This document shows positions 18,993 to 28,360 of a DNA stretch of 64,000 nt, piece by piece. The position numbers and the translations under genes were made by a program. Below the pieces are notes generated by a model that worked only from the letters and a program-made list of their open reading frames with translations, was not told the origin of the DNA and made no database searches. Where the stretch lies: the IMG/VR virus record IMGVR_UViG_3300005253_001115, positions 186,001-250,000 of that record; one strand, 5' to 3'. The stretch's first letter is position 1. Each line of letters starts with the position of its first letter.

Positions 18993-21149
18993 TCATCTAT
19001 TATTGATATCGAACTCGATTGGGCAACCACCGCTGTCGCATTCGAGTGCATCCCCTACGGCTTCATTCGTGTATCGGTCGATGTTGCCCGCGAGGCTCTC
19101 GTAATACTCTTTAGTGATTTTCTCCTCCGGCACATAGACATACGCGCTTTTGGAGATGCTGGGCATGACAGCGCATGCCTTCACAGTAGGTTGATTCTCC
19201 AGAAGCATGTCAGCAAACTCTACGAAACTAACTACTTCCGGGTCATACTTCAGCGTGTAGCTAACTTGGTTATGGCATCCACGCCCCCCAAGCCAGTGCT
19301 TCTCCAGCAAACGAATCCATTCGTATTGCTCCATAGGAGACGCCGCGCTAGCAATGGTAACGTCATCGCCCATCAGGTCTGAAATAGGCTGCCTCGTCGG
19401 AAACCCTATCGCGCAATGTCCAGAATATTGCTCGTCGATGTCCTTGACTGGGTAACCTCGCTTTTTGTGTGCCGCGACCTGCGAATCGCCCTTAGGGTAC
19501 TGGACCCACCGGATGTACCAAAGCAGGGCAGCCAAGTGAGCACCCTCAGTGCAATTCATCACCTTACTGACTGTACCACTAGGCTTAATGGTAGTCATGG
19601 TATGGGGAATAGCCACACCAATCTCTTCGGCGTAGTCCACCGCAGAGATCTCTACAGCTCGCCGCATTTCGTCAATGAACGACCAGAACTCAAGGGACTT
19701 CTCTTCGTCAAGGATATCTAGGAACGTCAGGCCGAATTGCTTGTAGGCAAACTCGTGAATTCCTGTAAGCCCAACACCAATACGATTTGTTCGTGTCACC
19801 TCGCTAGCGTATAACGAAGGCATGAGGTTGACTCTCATCAGGAATCGTGCCATTAGGCGTGCAGCGTTCAAGCAGTCCTGTGTGTTTTCGGCATTGGCCA
19901 GACACAGGTCACCAATAACGCAATAGCCTCCCATAAGAGATATACAGATCTCTGCACAAGGGTTCACGATGAACTTGTATCTCTTCTTCTTGGCCCACCG
20001 TAGGGTGTGCTCAATCAACTCCATCGTCTTGGGGTGCAAATCGAGCATCTTCTGCATCTTGGCACTGATGTAGGTGTCAGGTGTGATGTTATCTAGACCT
20101 GTCTCATTATTCGTGAGTAGATCCACATTGAGGAAGCCGGGCTCTCCTGTCTTGTCGAAGTACGCCGCTCCAACAGCAGCCTCATATACACGACGGGCAT
20201 GAGAAGGCTCAGGACGCAGAGCACCAGCCCAAAACTCAGCATCCACAGCAATAGAGTTATTCGCACTATAGAGCTTGGCTCTAGGCGATGCGACACGCTT
20301 AATGTCGATGAACTCGATGACATCCTTGTCTCTCCAGCTCTTCACTGCGATACGAGCAGACCTGCGAATACCACCGACAGCTACACAAGATGATAGGTAG
20401 TGGTCAATGAACATCGCCTGCTTCCAGGGCTTCATGCCAGCACCTTTGATGGTGGACACCTTGCCTAGAGAGTGCATGAAGGGAACAGGACCAGAAGCCG
20501 GTCGTCCCTGCTGTCCCTTAATAGGCTCACCCGCCCCGCGCACCTTAGAGAAGTCGAAGATATACAACTTGTCTTGATGCTTGGCCTGAGAAGAGGCAGT
20601 CTCAAGAATCTCTACGACCTTGACCCACCCCTCCCCAGAATCCGCAACCTCGAACCAACGAACATCCTCAGACTCGCTATCGTACTTATGAACAGCCTCT
20701 TCTAGAGACTCAATTCCCTCTTGGTAGTCCGGGTGCTTCTCGGAAAGCACAAACCGGCAGTTCGGCATGAAGTCCCAGTTAACTCGACACAGATCCGAGT
20801 CGTAACAACGGCCTACACCAGAGCCCTTCAGCAAAAGCCAGAATTCAATAAAGCTGAACATAGCTGTAGAGCAATTGACGAATACCTCGCCAATCTTGTC
20901 CGGCTGCCGCAGATCTCCGTGCTGTAGATGACGACCCGAGAAGGGCATAATACCTGCTCTCGCAAGTTCCATGGTCTCCCGCATCTCTTCTTCGTAGTCG
21001 TCCCGTGTACGGGGGTCTAATAGAAAGTTGCCCTCTACAACCTCAGTGACCCGCTCGCTCCACGTCTGGAAACCCGTATCGGTTTTCCGAGCGTATTTGT
21101 TCTCCCAAACCGATCGGGGCATTCCCTCCGGCACCTCAAATACTTGCAT
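18993..21149 (-). CDS. nrdJ: class II (B12-dependent) ribonucleotide reductase
   Basis: VNC, GSGVG, GGIRRSA, GEPGF, NPCAEI, RIGVGLTG, TTIKPSGT, C-terminal CxxGxC; no beta subunit nearby. Confidence 0.88.
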   Translation of the reverse strand: MQVFEVPEGMPRSVWENKYARKTDTGFQTWSERVTEVVEGNFLLDPRTRDDYEEEMRETMELARAGIMPFSGRHLQHGDLRQPDKIGEVFVNCSTAMFSFIEFWLLLKGSGVGRCYDSDLCRVNWDFMPNCRFVLSEKHPDYQEGIESLEEAVHKYDSESEDVRWFEVADSGEGWVKVVEILETASSQAKHQDKLYIFDFSKVRGAGEPIKGQQGRPASGPVPFMHSLGKVSTIKGAGMKPWKQAMFIDHYLSSCVAVGGIRRSARIAVKSWRDKDVIEFIDIKRVASPRAKLYSANNSIAVDAEFWAGALRPEPSHARRVYEAAVGAAYFDKTGEPGFLNVDLLTNNETGLDNITPDTYISAKMQKMLDLHPKTMELIEHTLRWAKKKRYKFIVNPCAEICISLMGGYCVIGDLCLANAENTQDCLNAARLMARFLMRVNLMPSLYASEVTRTNRIGVGLTGIHEFAYKQFGLTFLDILDEEKSLEFWSFIDEMRRAVEISAVDYAEEIGVAIPHTMTTIKPSGTVSKVMNCTEGAHLAALLWYIRWVQYPKGDSQVAAHKKRGYPVKDIDEQYSGHCAIGFPTRQPISDLMGDDVTIASAASPMEQYEWIRLLEKHWLGGRGCHNQVSYTLKYDPEVVSFVEFADMLLENQPTVKACAVMPSISKSAYVYVPEEKITKEYYESLAGNIDRYTNEAVGDALECDSGGCPIEFDINNR

Positions 21150-21153
21150 TTAT

Positions 21154-22224
21154 TTACTCCTCTGGCTGTGCATTTCTTTTGATGATGGTTACAAGTCGCG
21201 CAGTCAGAGCCACAAGTACATGGTTAGCGTCTACGGTTCGTTCCTTTGCAAGGACCAAACTCTTGAGCATCTCGTCAAGAACTTCAGACATCACCTCTAC
21301 AGAGATCGAGTCCCGAGTGATGCCCTTAGAGGTAAGCAAAGCAATCCAGCGATCAGAATATGATGTCAACAATTTCGAGCTAATGAAAGAGAACATGGCT
21401 TCCTTGTGCGTATCCATCGCACAAGACAGGAAGTAATCTACGTTCTCTACAAGACCGGCTATACCCAGGGCAGTAGTGTACTTACCTCGGTAAATAGAGA
21501 GCATGTAACGGCGCAGGTAATCGCTAGGTGGTACTTGAACAACCTGCTCCACTGCGGAGACTACGTTTTCAGCATTAGTAACGTCTCCCCCGCCAGCAAT
21601 ATAGTTGACGACCGCTTCAAGCGCTTGCAGTGCATCTCTTGGGTGTCCTTTGGTTAGACGTGCAATTTGCTTGAACACGTCCACGGGTAGATCTTGTCCC
21701 TCTTTCTCAGCAGTTCGCTTCAATAGGGCGAAGCAATCCTTGAGAGAAACCTTGCTGAGCCTGATCGGGTGGCACCTATTAATAATGGTATTCGGCAGCT
21801 TCTCGGGCTCGTTGGTGCAAAGGATGAAGATGGTCTTCGACGGCGGCTCCTCAAGCATTTTGAGGAACGCCTGCTTGGCCTGGGGGGTCCATTGGTGGAT
21901 CTCATCGAGAATGAAGACGCGGTAATTCCTCTTCGGAGCGTACTTCGCAGCCTTGATGAGCTGACGAACGTCGTCAATTCCCCGGGCCTCCGCTCCGTTC
22001 AGCTCTACTACGTCAACGAGCTTGGTAGCGTCGGCGGGGAGATCATTTGCCATTCTGGCGATGATTCTGGCGATAGTGGTCTTGCCGCTTCCCGTGGGGC
22101 CGGACAGGAGAATCGAGTTCGCAATATTCCCTGTGGAGAACATTCCCTTGATTTGGAGGACGGCAGCTTCTTGGCCAACCAAATCTTCGAGCACGAGGGG
22201 GCGATATTTCAAGGCATATGACAT
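21154..22224 (-). CDS. dnaX: DNA polymerase III gamma/tau-like clamp loader subunit
   Basis: LKYRP, GPTGSGKTT, VFILDEIH, LKMLEEPP, TIINRC, GHPRDAL. Confidence 0.9.
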   Translation of the reverse strand: MSYALKYRPLVLEDLVGQEAAVLQIKGMFSTGNIANSILLSGPTGSGKTTIARIIARMANDLPADATKLVDVVELNGAEARGIDDVRQLIKAAKYAPKRNYRVFILDEIHQWTPQAKQAFLKMLEEPPSKTIFILCTNEPEKLPNTIINRCHPIRLSKVSLKDCFALLKRTAEKEGQDLPVDVFKQIARLTKGHPRDALQALEAVVNYIAGGGDVTNAENVVSAVEQVVQVPPSDYLRRYMLSIYRGKYTTALGIAGLVENVDYFLSCAMDTHKEAMFSFISSKLLTSYSDRWIALLTSKGITRDSISVEVMSEVLDEMLKSLVLAKERTVDANHVLVALTARLVTIIKRNAQPEE

Positions 22225-22299
22225 TACAGCTCCTTATCAACTATCAGCTTAGGGTTTACATAACCCCTTGCACAACGTCTTTAGTCTCACCGCTCTCGG

Positions 22300-22830
22300 T
22301 TAGATCAGGGTGCTTAGCTTCGAGTGCAAATTCTCGTAACTTGACCCCAAAATTAGGGCAAAAAGACGCTCGATTTTTTCGATCAGCTCCTCTTCCGTAC
22401 CATTGTTGTCGATGATAATATCGCAATCGGTAGCCAGGATTTTGCATGTCGGGTCCACTTGGGGTACTCTTTTCCCCGCCTCGACCCAGATCGCCATATC
22501 TGACAGATGCCTAGAGGCGATAAACTCAACCCTGCTCCGAATTCCTACGTACATGTCGTAGCTTGCGAAAATCGCCGCAGACAGCTTAGACTCATCGTTC
22601 TCGTTGAAGGCCCGGATCGCATTGTACCACTCGACCCGGTGATTCACCCGGTCCTCGTAACACTCATCGAGAGAGTCGTAAGTGATTCCCAGCTTCTCCA
22701 ACCAAGGGGTGACTACGTGCTCAGCACAGAACATCGAGGAGGACTCGAACGTCAGCCCCGTCATGTCCCTAATGACCTCCCCCACTGTGTCCTTCCCGTG
22801 CCGCCCGTGACCTATGACAAAGATTTTCAT
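22300..22830 (-). CDS. deoxynucleoside monophosphate kinase-like protein
   Basis: IGHGRHGKDT P-loop, GIR...E, DIIIDNNGT. Confidence 0.75.
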   Translation of the reverse strand: MKIFVIGHGRHGKDTVGEVIRDMTGLTFESSSMFCAEHVVTPWLEKLGITYDSLDECYEDRVNHRVEWYNAIRAFNENDESKLSAAIFASYDMYVGIRSRVEFIASRHLSDMAIWVEAGKRVPQVDPTCKILATDCDIIIDNNGTEEELIEKIERLFALILGSSYENLHSKLSTLI

Positions 22831-23180
22831 TACTCGAAGTCCTTCATGCGGGAATCAATTGCGCCCCATACGCTGATGAGCATTTCGTCCCGGTTAGGCC
22901 AATCTTGTGGGAGAGCAATCTCGAAGAGGAACTGATTAGCACCGTTGAATGTGATGGACACTGGAACGGTTAAGCTAGACATTACCTTTTGCCGCAGGTT
23001 CTCCAGTGTACGTAGATCCTTTACTGTAAACAAGATGAAAGGGTGTTCCGGCAAGTTATGGTGACCTTCGTAGTCGTAGCCAGAACATGCCGACAGCACC
23101 GAGACAGACTTCAGCCCGTCCAATCTACCAAGTAAATTAGTGATGGGAGATCCCGGCTGCCTGCACTGCTTACATTTCAT
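22830..23180 (-). CDS. hypothetical protein
   Basis: Likely start MKCKQC at 23180, overlapping the guaB/C stop; SACSG motif. Confidence 0.55.
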   Translation of the reverse strand: MKCKQCRQPGSPITNLLGRLDGLKSVSVLSACSGYDYEGHHNLPEHPFILFTVKDLRTLENLRQKVMSSLTVPVSITFNGANQFLFEIALPQDWPNRDEMLISVWGAIDSRMKDFE

Positions 23181-24199
23181 CCTTCCCGTACTCCGTTCTC
23201 TAGATTGGCTCCTGCGGACACGCTCCAAAAGTTGCCACGGCACTTTCTCTGAAGCTCGTACACGTCTCTGGCCCCACCGTAGGTCAGGGCGCTTCTGAGA
23301 GAGCCTGATAGATAATCGAGGTAGTCCTCGGCGGAGCCCCAAACCTCGGCGTACATGGACTCCCCTTCCGGGACAGTACCGGGACGCAGCCCTCCGTAGT
23401 ATTCCAACTGGAACTCGGCGCTTGCTTGCCCGCGATACTTGGCAACGTAAGGGCCTGTTCGGTTTAGCTCTCCATCAAGGTGCCCCTTCCAGGCAGCACT
23501 CTCGTCGCAAACAGCGAACTGCTTGCCCATCATAACGGTACTAGCACCCGCAGCCAGAGCCTTAGCGATATCATCAGGACCGCTGATACCTCCGTCTGCG
23601 ATGAAGGGGACGTGTAGCTTCATAGCCTCTTTCCCGATCTCGTAGACGGCTGTGAATTGGGGTACCCCGAACCCGGTGATTTTGCGGGTGGTGCAGGCAG
23701 CACCCGGGCCGATTCCCACCTTAACGGCGTCGGCTCCCCATTCTACCAAGTCCTTGTATCCATCAACCGAGCATACGTTGCCAGCGATTACCTTGGTTCC
23801 GGCTTGCTTCAGCGTCGCGATGGCGGGCTTCATGCGAGAATCGTGACCATGGGCGATATCAATACAGACACCTGTCAAACCCATATCTACCAGACGAAGG
23901 GCTTCCTTGATCTCAGAATCTTTGATGCCTGACGAAATGAAGCAACCCTCGAAGTCGTTGATCCACCCTACCTTCGTATCGAAGTCGGTGAACCTGTGAA
24001 AGATCGGTACGCCGCCACGCTCGAAGATGATCTTAGCTAGCGCCGGTCCGATCACTGTGTCCATGTTGGCCGGGATGAACGGAAGCTCTGTTTCCACACC
24101 CACGGCTAATTTGGTAGTCAGGGTCGGCTCTCCGCGAGAAGCTACGTTGTTGTACACCGGCTCGATGCAAACGTCACTATAGGTATATGCCCGCCTCAC
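23177..24199 (-). CDS. IMP dehydrogenase / GMP reductase family protein (no CBS domains)
   Basis: [56 protein letters not shown]. Confidence 0.9.
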   Translation of the reverse strand: MRRAYTYSDVCIEPVYNNVASRGEPTLTTKLAVGVETELPFIPANMDTVIGPALAKIIFERGGVPIFHRFTDFDTKVGWINDFEGCFISSGIKDSEIKEALRLVDMGLTGVCIDIAHGHDSRMKPAIATLKQAGTKVIAGNVCSVDGYKDLVEWGADAVKVGIGPGAACTTRKITGFGVPQFTAVYEIGKEAMKLHVPFIADGGISGPDDIAKALAAGASTVMMGKQFAVCDESAAWKGHLDGELNRTGPYVAKYRGQASAEFQLEYYGGLRPGTVPEGESMYAEVWGSAEDYLDYLSGSLRSALTYGGARDVYELQRKCRGNFWSVSAGANLENGVREG

Positions 24200-24492
24200 G
24201 TCTTCACCCCTACAATCAGACCAGCCTTCTCGCCCTCAGTCTGAATAGCTTCACACTTCACTCGGACTTTGGCTCCGGGTAGTGCCGCCATGCCCTTCAG
24301 GGATGTCAGGGGAGCCTCCATTGCAGATGCCGTGTCTTCTGCGGCCATCTTGATAGGGTCCGGGTCTGTGTAAGTCTCAGGGTCCACTTCGTATTCGACC
24401 TGAAAGGACAGAATGAATCTCATCTTCTGCCTCTTGGGTCCACTAATGATCTTCGTCATCTTAGATCTCAAATCCTCTATTGATTTTCTCAC
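24196..24492 (-). CDS. hypothetical protein
   Basis: 98-aa coupled ORF. Confidence 0.6.
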   Translation of the reverse strand: MRKSIEDLRSKMTKIISGPKRQKMRFILSFQVEYEVDPETYTDPDPIKMAAEDTASAMEAPLTSLKGMAALPGAKVRVKCEAIQTEGEKAGLIVGVKT

Positions 24493-24537
24493 ACCAATCC
24501 ACCTTTATCCCTATTGGGACTGCCCATTGCATGAATC

Positions 24538-24741
24538 TCATTCTCGTGCCCATCCCATCACTTTGTATTTTAGGAATTCCCCAGCTCTACGAGCTATGTC
24601 GCAGTGACTCTTGTTAACCCCGTATGTCGTACAATGTTCACGACCACTGTCACCAACTTTTCGAGCGATTATGATTACCTGATCGTAATCATACTTTTCC
24701 GCTATTTCCTTTGCAGCAGCTATCGGTATATCTTGAGTCAT
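24538..24741 (-). CDS. small hypothetical phage protein
   Basis: IPIAAAKEIAEKYDYDQVII; overlaps the sbcD stop. Confidence 0.65.
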   Translation of the reverse strand: MTQDIPIAAAKEIAEKYDYDQVIIIARKVGDSGREHCTTYGVNKSHCDIARRAGEFLKYKVMGWARE

Positions 24742-25769
24742 TTTACGTATTTCTCCTGCACCCAGCGAACACCCTCTTCTTGAAGCTCCGCTGATACTCC
24801 TTTAGTGTGGAGGAAGTCTGTGAGGCCCTCTGTCAGAGAGTCCGTGAACTCCATCTGGACAGGTCCGTCTTCTGAATCCTCGCCTTCTGCCTCAGGAGCG
24901 ACTCCTTCAGTCTTTATGACGTTTTCGGGCAGCTCCATCAGGCTCTCTAGGGGACCCAAATACCTGATGTAACAGTCCGTGGGCCACTCCTCAGGCAGCT
25001 CTGTAATCGTAACTAGGGACTTGATGCCATCCAGCTCGACCAGCTCCGTGGTGGGGTTTCCGTCTTTTTCGGCCCCTACGACCAGAACGCCCTTTGGCTG
25101 GTGATCGCCGAAATCGTGCTGGATCGGGCTACCGCTGTACCAAGCATTGTGCCCAATCTCCTGGGATCGGTGAATGTCCCCAACAGCCCAATAATCCACA
25201 AATGCCAGGTCAGGAATACGGGGTCCTCCGCTGATATTGTAGCCGATATCTGTGTTCGCGCCACTGATGGTGGCATGTAGCATCACCACGAAAGGTCGTT
25301 CGTCTTCGATGGTGCCGTGCCACATTCTTGTTACTTCAGCCGCCAACTCCTTGGTCGTCATGTTGTTGTTCACAACGGGGATGACGGCAATGTCGAAATC
25401 TGGCAGGTTGATTACACGGGGATCTCCGTCAATAATGTAGGTTCGCTTCAGACCACCAGCCTTCTCCACCATGGCAGGGAGCCAAAGATGCGACACACCT
25501 GTAGCCAATTCGTCATGGTTGCCGTTGCAAATGACCGTGGTGAAGCCATTGGCGTCGGCCTCGAACATCTTCTCCATGAAGAGTTGCTGCTCTTCCCACT
25601 TGATGTTCTTCGACTCGAAGATGTCACCGGCCATAAGGACGGTCTTGATGCCTCTGGCTTTGGCTACCTTGTAGATTCCATCCAGCATTAGCTCCTGCCG
25701 CTCCAGATAATCCGGTAGCGTCCGGCTCTTGCCGATGTGCAGGTCCGCTGTGTGGATGAATTTGGTCAT
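24738..25769 (-). CDS. sbcD: SbcD/Mre11/gp47-like metallophosphoesterase nuclease
   Basis: HTADLHIG, AGDIF, GNHD, MLH, GDIH, YSGSP. Confidence 0.92.
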   Translation of the reverse strand: MTKFIHTADLHIGKSRTLPDYLERQELMLDGIYKVAKARGIKTVLMAGDIFESKNIKWEEQQLFMEKMFEADANGFTTVICNGNHDELATGVSHLWLPAMVEKAGGLKRTYIIDGDPRVINLPDFDIAVIPVVNNNMTTKELAAEVTRMWHGTIEDERPFVVMLHATISGANTDIGYNISGGPRIPDLAFVDYWAVGDIHRSQEIGHNAWYSGSPIQHDFGDHQPKGVLVVGAEKDGNPTTELVELDGIKSLVTITELPEEWPTDCYIRYLGPLESLMELPENVIKTEGVAPEAEGEDSEDGPVQMEFTDSLTEGLTDFLHTKGVSAELQEEGVRWVQEKYVK

Positions 25770-26758
25770 TACTTACACTCGTCGCATATCAATCTGGGCT
25801 TGCCGAAGCTATACATGTACGAGAAGTTCTTCTTACACTTCTTGCACGTAACTTCCTTTAGAGAATGGGGCTTGTATGTGAGCTTCCTCTTCGGCTTCTC
25901 AGTAGGTTCATCGAGATCTATTGTCTCTGATGACGCCACGTCGATTTTTACGGCCTTTGCGGGCTCTTTCTTGGGCTTGGATGCCTTACGCCTATTCTTA
26001 GGTTCCTTCTCTTCCGTGCTCCATGTGCTCAGCCAAGCGCCAGCAAAGTAAACCCCTACAGCTTCGATATCGCCGTCATAGTGACCGGCTACTCGCATGG
26101 ATCTTGTGTCCAGCGGTGTGATGCCACGCTGCTCTAGATTTGATAGTCTGTCAAATATGACAATGGCTTTGGCGTGGTGTTTAAGGCCATCCACGTAATT
26201 CCAGTATGCTCCGTAGCTGAAGTTAGATACGTTATATGCGGCTTGAGATCCGTCATAAGGCGGATCAAGAATAGCTACCCTACCGTGCGCGAGACCGTAG
26301 GGCAGCTCAGAATAGTGCATGTCCGTAACAATAGGCTTCAGCTCTTCCCATCTGGCTAGAGCCTCAGCGTACTCCTCTACAACACTTACAGGACCGATAG
26401 GTTCTCCATCTTTGGATTTCTTTATGGGTACGTTGTATCCGTTCTTGCTGTACCTAAACACGCCGGAGAAGCTCATTCTTTGCAAGCAGTACGCATGCCT
26501 CCACCAGTCCGGCTCACTGCGTACCCTGTAGTAATCGTGAGACGAAAACGTCTCTGGAACCTCCTGCCTGTTGAAGTATTTCAGAATTTTATAGATTTCG
26601 GGATCTATGTCATTCAAAATAGCTTTGCTGGCCAAATTGGCCGATAGGACTGCGCTCCCGCAGAAATACTCAATGAACTCGTCGCCCTTGAATAAAGGTG
26701 CAAGACGATCAACCCACTGCTTCTTGCTTCCCACGTATGAGGGGAGAAACTTTATCAT
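25769..26758 (-). CDS. Dam-like (D12 class) DNA adenine methyltransferase
   Basis: YVGSK, EYFCGSA, LNDI, FSGVFRY...GYNVP, LDPPY; C-terminal CxxC..CxxC. Confidence 0.88.
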   Translation of the reverse strand: MIKFLPSYVGSKKQWVDRLAPLFKGDEFIEYFCGSAVLSANLASKAILNDIDPEIYKILKYFNRQEVPETFSSHDYYRVRSEPDWWRHAYCLQRMSFSGVFRYSKNGYNVPIKKSKDGEPIGPVSVVEEYAEALARWEELKPIVTDMHYSELPYGLAHGRVAILDPPYDGSQAAYNVSNFSYGAYWNYVDGLKHHAKAIVIFDRLSNLEQRGITPLDTRSMRVAGHYDGDIEAVGVYFAGAWLSTWSTEEKEPKNRRKASKPKKEPAKAVKIDVASSETIDLDEPTEKPKRKLTYKPHSLKEVTCKKCKKNFSYMYSFGKPRLICDECK

Positions 26759-27309
26759 TTAGGCTTTCCTAGTGGCGTGCCAATAGCAGACAATGGATGC
26801 TGCCTGAAGCCCTCGCATTCTTTTATATCGTCGATAGGGATTGGACGAAATAGAGTGTTATTGGGTTGTGTGTCATTAACGTGGGGGCCTAGTAGCGAAT
26901 ACTGTTGTTCTGCGTTTGCTTCACGATACCAGTCCCTTAAAGGTCCCATTGTCATAGAGAACATCTTGGGGATCTTTATGTCGTACTTTGATTGGCTGTT
27001 GGGCTCCAACCCCACAGCATACAGCAGAAGGGTGTCATCATTTAGGGTTTCGAACCACCCTGGAGAGTTGAGATCGTGCCCCTCTTCAATGAAGTTCGAC
27101 CAAATCTCTATAGCAAGGTTTCCATGATAGTTCTTCTCCGCCTTGACCTCCAGATTCCAGATCTTACCGTCTTTGCTTACTAGGAAATCTCCTCTTGGAT
27201 CCTTTTTAGGGTGTTTTTCGACGGTGTAGCCCTTCCGTGCAAGCCACGGCAAAAAGTGATCTCTGTTCATGCGCGCTTCAAAAGCTAAGTCCGCGTCAAA
27301 CTGGCTCAT
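26755..27309 (-). CDS. PD-(D/E)xK nuclease-like protein
   Basis: GDFLV...LEVKAE, GNLAIEIWS, PGW. Confidence 0.7.
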   Translation of the reverse strand: MSQFDADLAFEARMNRDHFLPWLARKGYTVEKHPKKDPRGDFLVSKDGKIWNLEVKAEKNYHGNLAIEIWSNFIEEGHDLNSPGWFETLNDDTLLLYAVGLEPNSQSKYDIKIPKMFSMTMGPLRDWYREANAEQQYSLLGPHVNDTQPNNTLFRPIPIDDIKECEGFRQHPLSAIGTPLGKPK

Positions 27310-27608
27310 TTCAAATCCTCCTCAATCTTGCGCAGAAACTCTCGCCAGTCTTTTGGAGAGGAGTTCATGTCTGCTTCGTTCTCTACAGGATTGGAAATAG
27401 TTGGACCCAGATATTCGAAGTCATCGCCCTCTGGAAACCCAAATTGGCTATACCCAGGAATGCGGGCAGCGTACATGGCATCCCACTGCTCTAGTTCTTC
27501 TTCGATCTGGGCTTCCGTGTCTGCCTGGGCCTCTGCCTGGGCCTCTGCCTGGGCCTCTGCCTGGGCCTCTGCATCGTCTTGTATAGCCTTCGGGTGTCTA
27601 GACATCAT
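27306..27608 (-). CDS. acidic hypothetical protein with (AEAQ)n repeat
   Basis: 12-nt tandem repeat GCCTGGGCCTCT at about 27523-27570. Confidence 0.6.
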   Translation of the reverse strand: MMSRHPKAIQDDAEAQAEAQAEAQAEAQADTEAQIEEELEQWDAMYAARIPGYSQFGFPEGDDFEYLGPTISNPVENEADMNSSPKDWREFLRKIEEDLK

Positions 27609-28360
27609 CTAGCCTTGAACACATAATCTCCGTGGCCTACACCGTTACCTACGGACTCGTAGATAAGCTGTAGACCCGCTAACTCACACATCATCTTTAG
27701 TGCTTTTTGCGAAAAGATTATTGGGTGAACCTGAAAGTGATACTCGGTAAGATGCCAGCGTGTCAGACCATCCGTGTCGTTGAGTGGAGTCCTTAGGAAA
27801 ATCACGCCGTTATGATTCAACAAGCTCTTCATCTTCAGTAATGCGACCACCGGCTCGTGGAAATGCTCGATGACATGCACCATCGAGATAAGGTCAAACC
27901 GCTTAGGTCCGAAGTCGTGCTCCATGAAGTCTGCTTGGATCATTGGCACACCCAGCTCGTTGCCATAGGTCTCAGCATAGGGGCTACCATCCACCCCTAG
28001 GGTGGTCAAAACGCCCTTGTCCTGCATGTACTTCAGCAGTAGTGGATAACTAGGTCCAATGTCCAGAACGGAGTCTGGATCGTATTCCTTCACTAGGAAG
28101 TCAGCAAGCCACTGGAAGTGGCCTGCCTCTGACAGTATGCCAGCTTTCATACCTGCTTCGCTTTTGTCGTCCGCTTCGTACTGGAATGGCGGCGGAGGGA
28201 ACTGAAGCCAGAGCCCGCACCGAGAACAAGCCTCGTAGGGCAGAACGTCCGGTACGTTCTGTCGAACGGCCTCTTGGGCTTCAGTCAGTTGGACAGGATT
28301 CAACTTAGTGGTACCACAAATGGTACACCGGATCACTTTTATTTCAACAGCAACGTCCAT
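27605..28360 (-). CDS. class I SAM-dependent methyltransferase
   Basis: N-terminal CxxC..CxxC, VLDIG, FDLISMVHVIEHF, GVIFLRTP; probable start at 28360. Confidence 0.82.
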   Translation of the reverse strand: MDVAVEIKVIRCTICGTTKLNPVQLTEAQEAVRQNVPDVLPYEACSRCGLWLQFPPPPFQYEADDKSEAGMKAGILSEAGHFQWLADFLVKEYDPDSVLDIGPSYPLLLKYMQDKGVLTTLGVDGSPYAETYGNELGVPMIQADFMEHDFGPKRFDLISMVHVIEHFHEPVVALLKMKSLLNHNGVIFLRTPLNDTDGLTRWHLTEYHFQVHPIIFSQKALKMMCELAGLQLIYESVGNGVGHGDYVFKAR

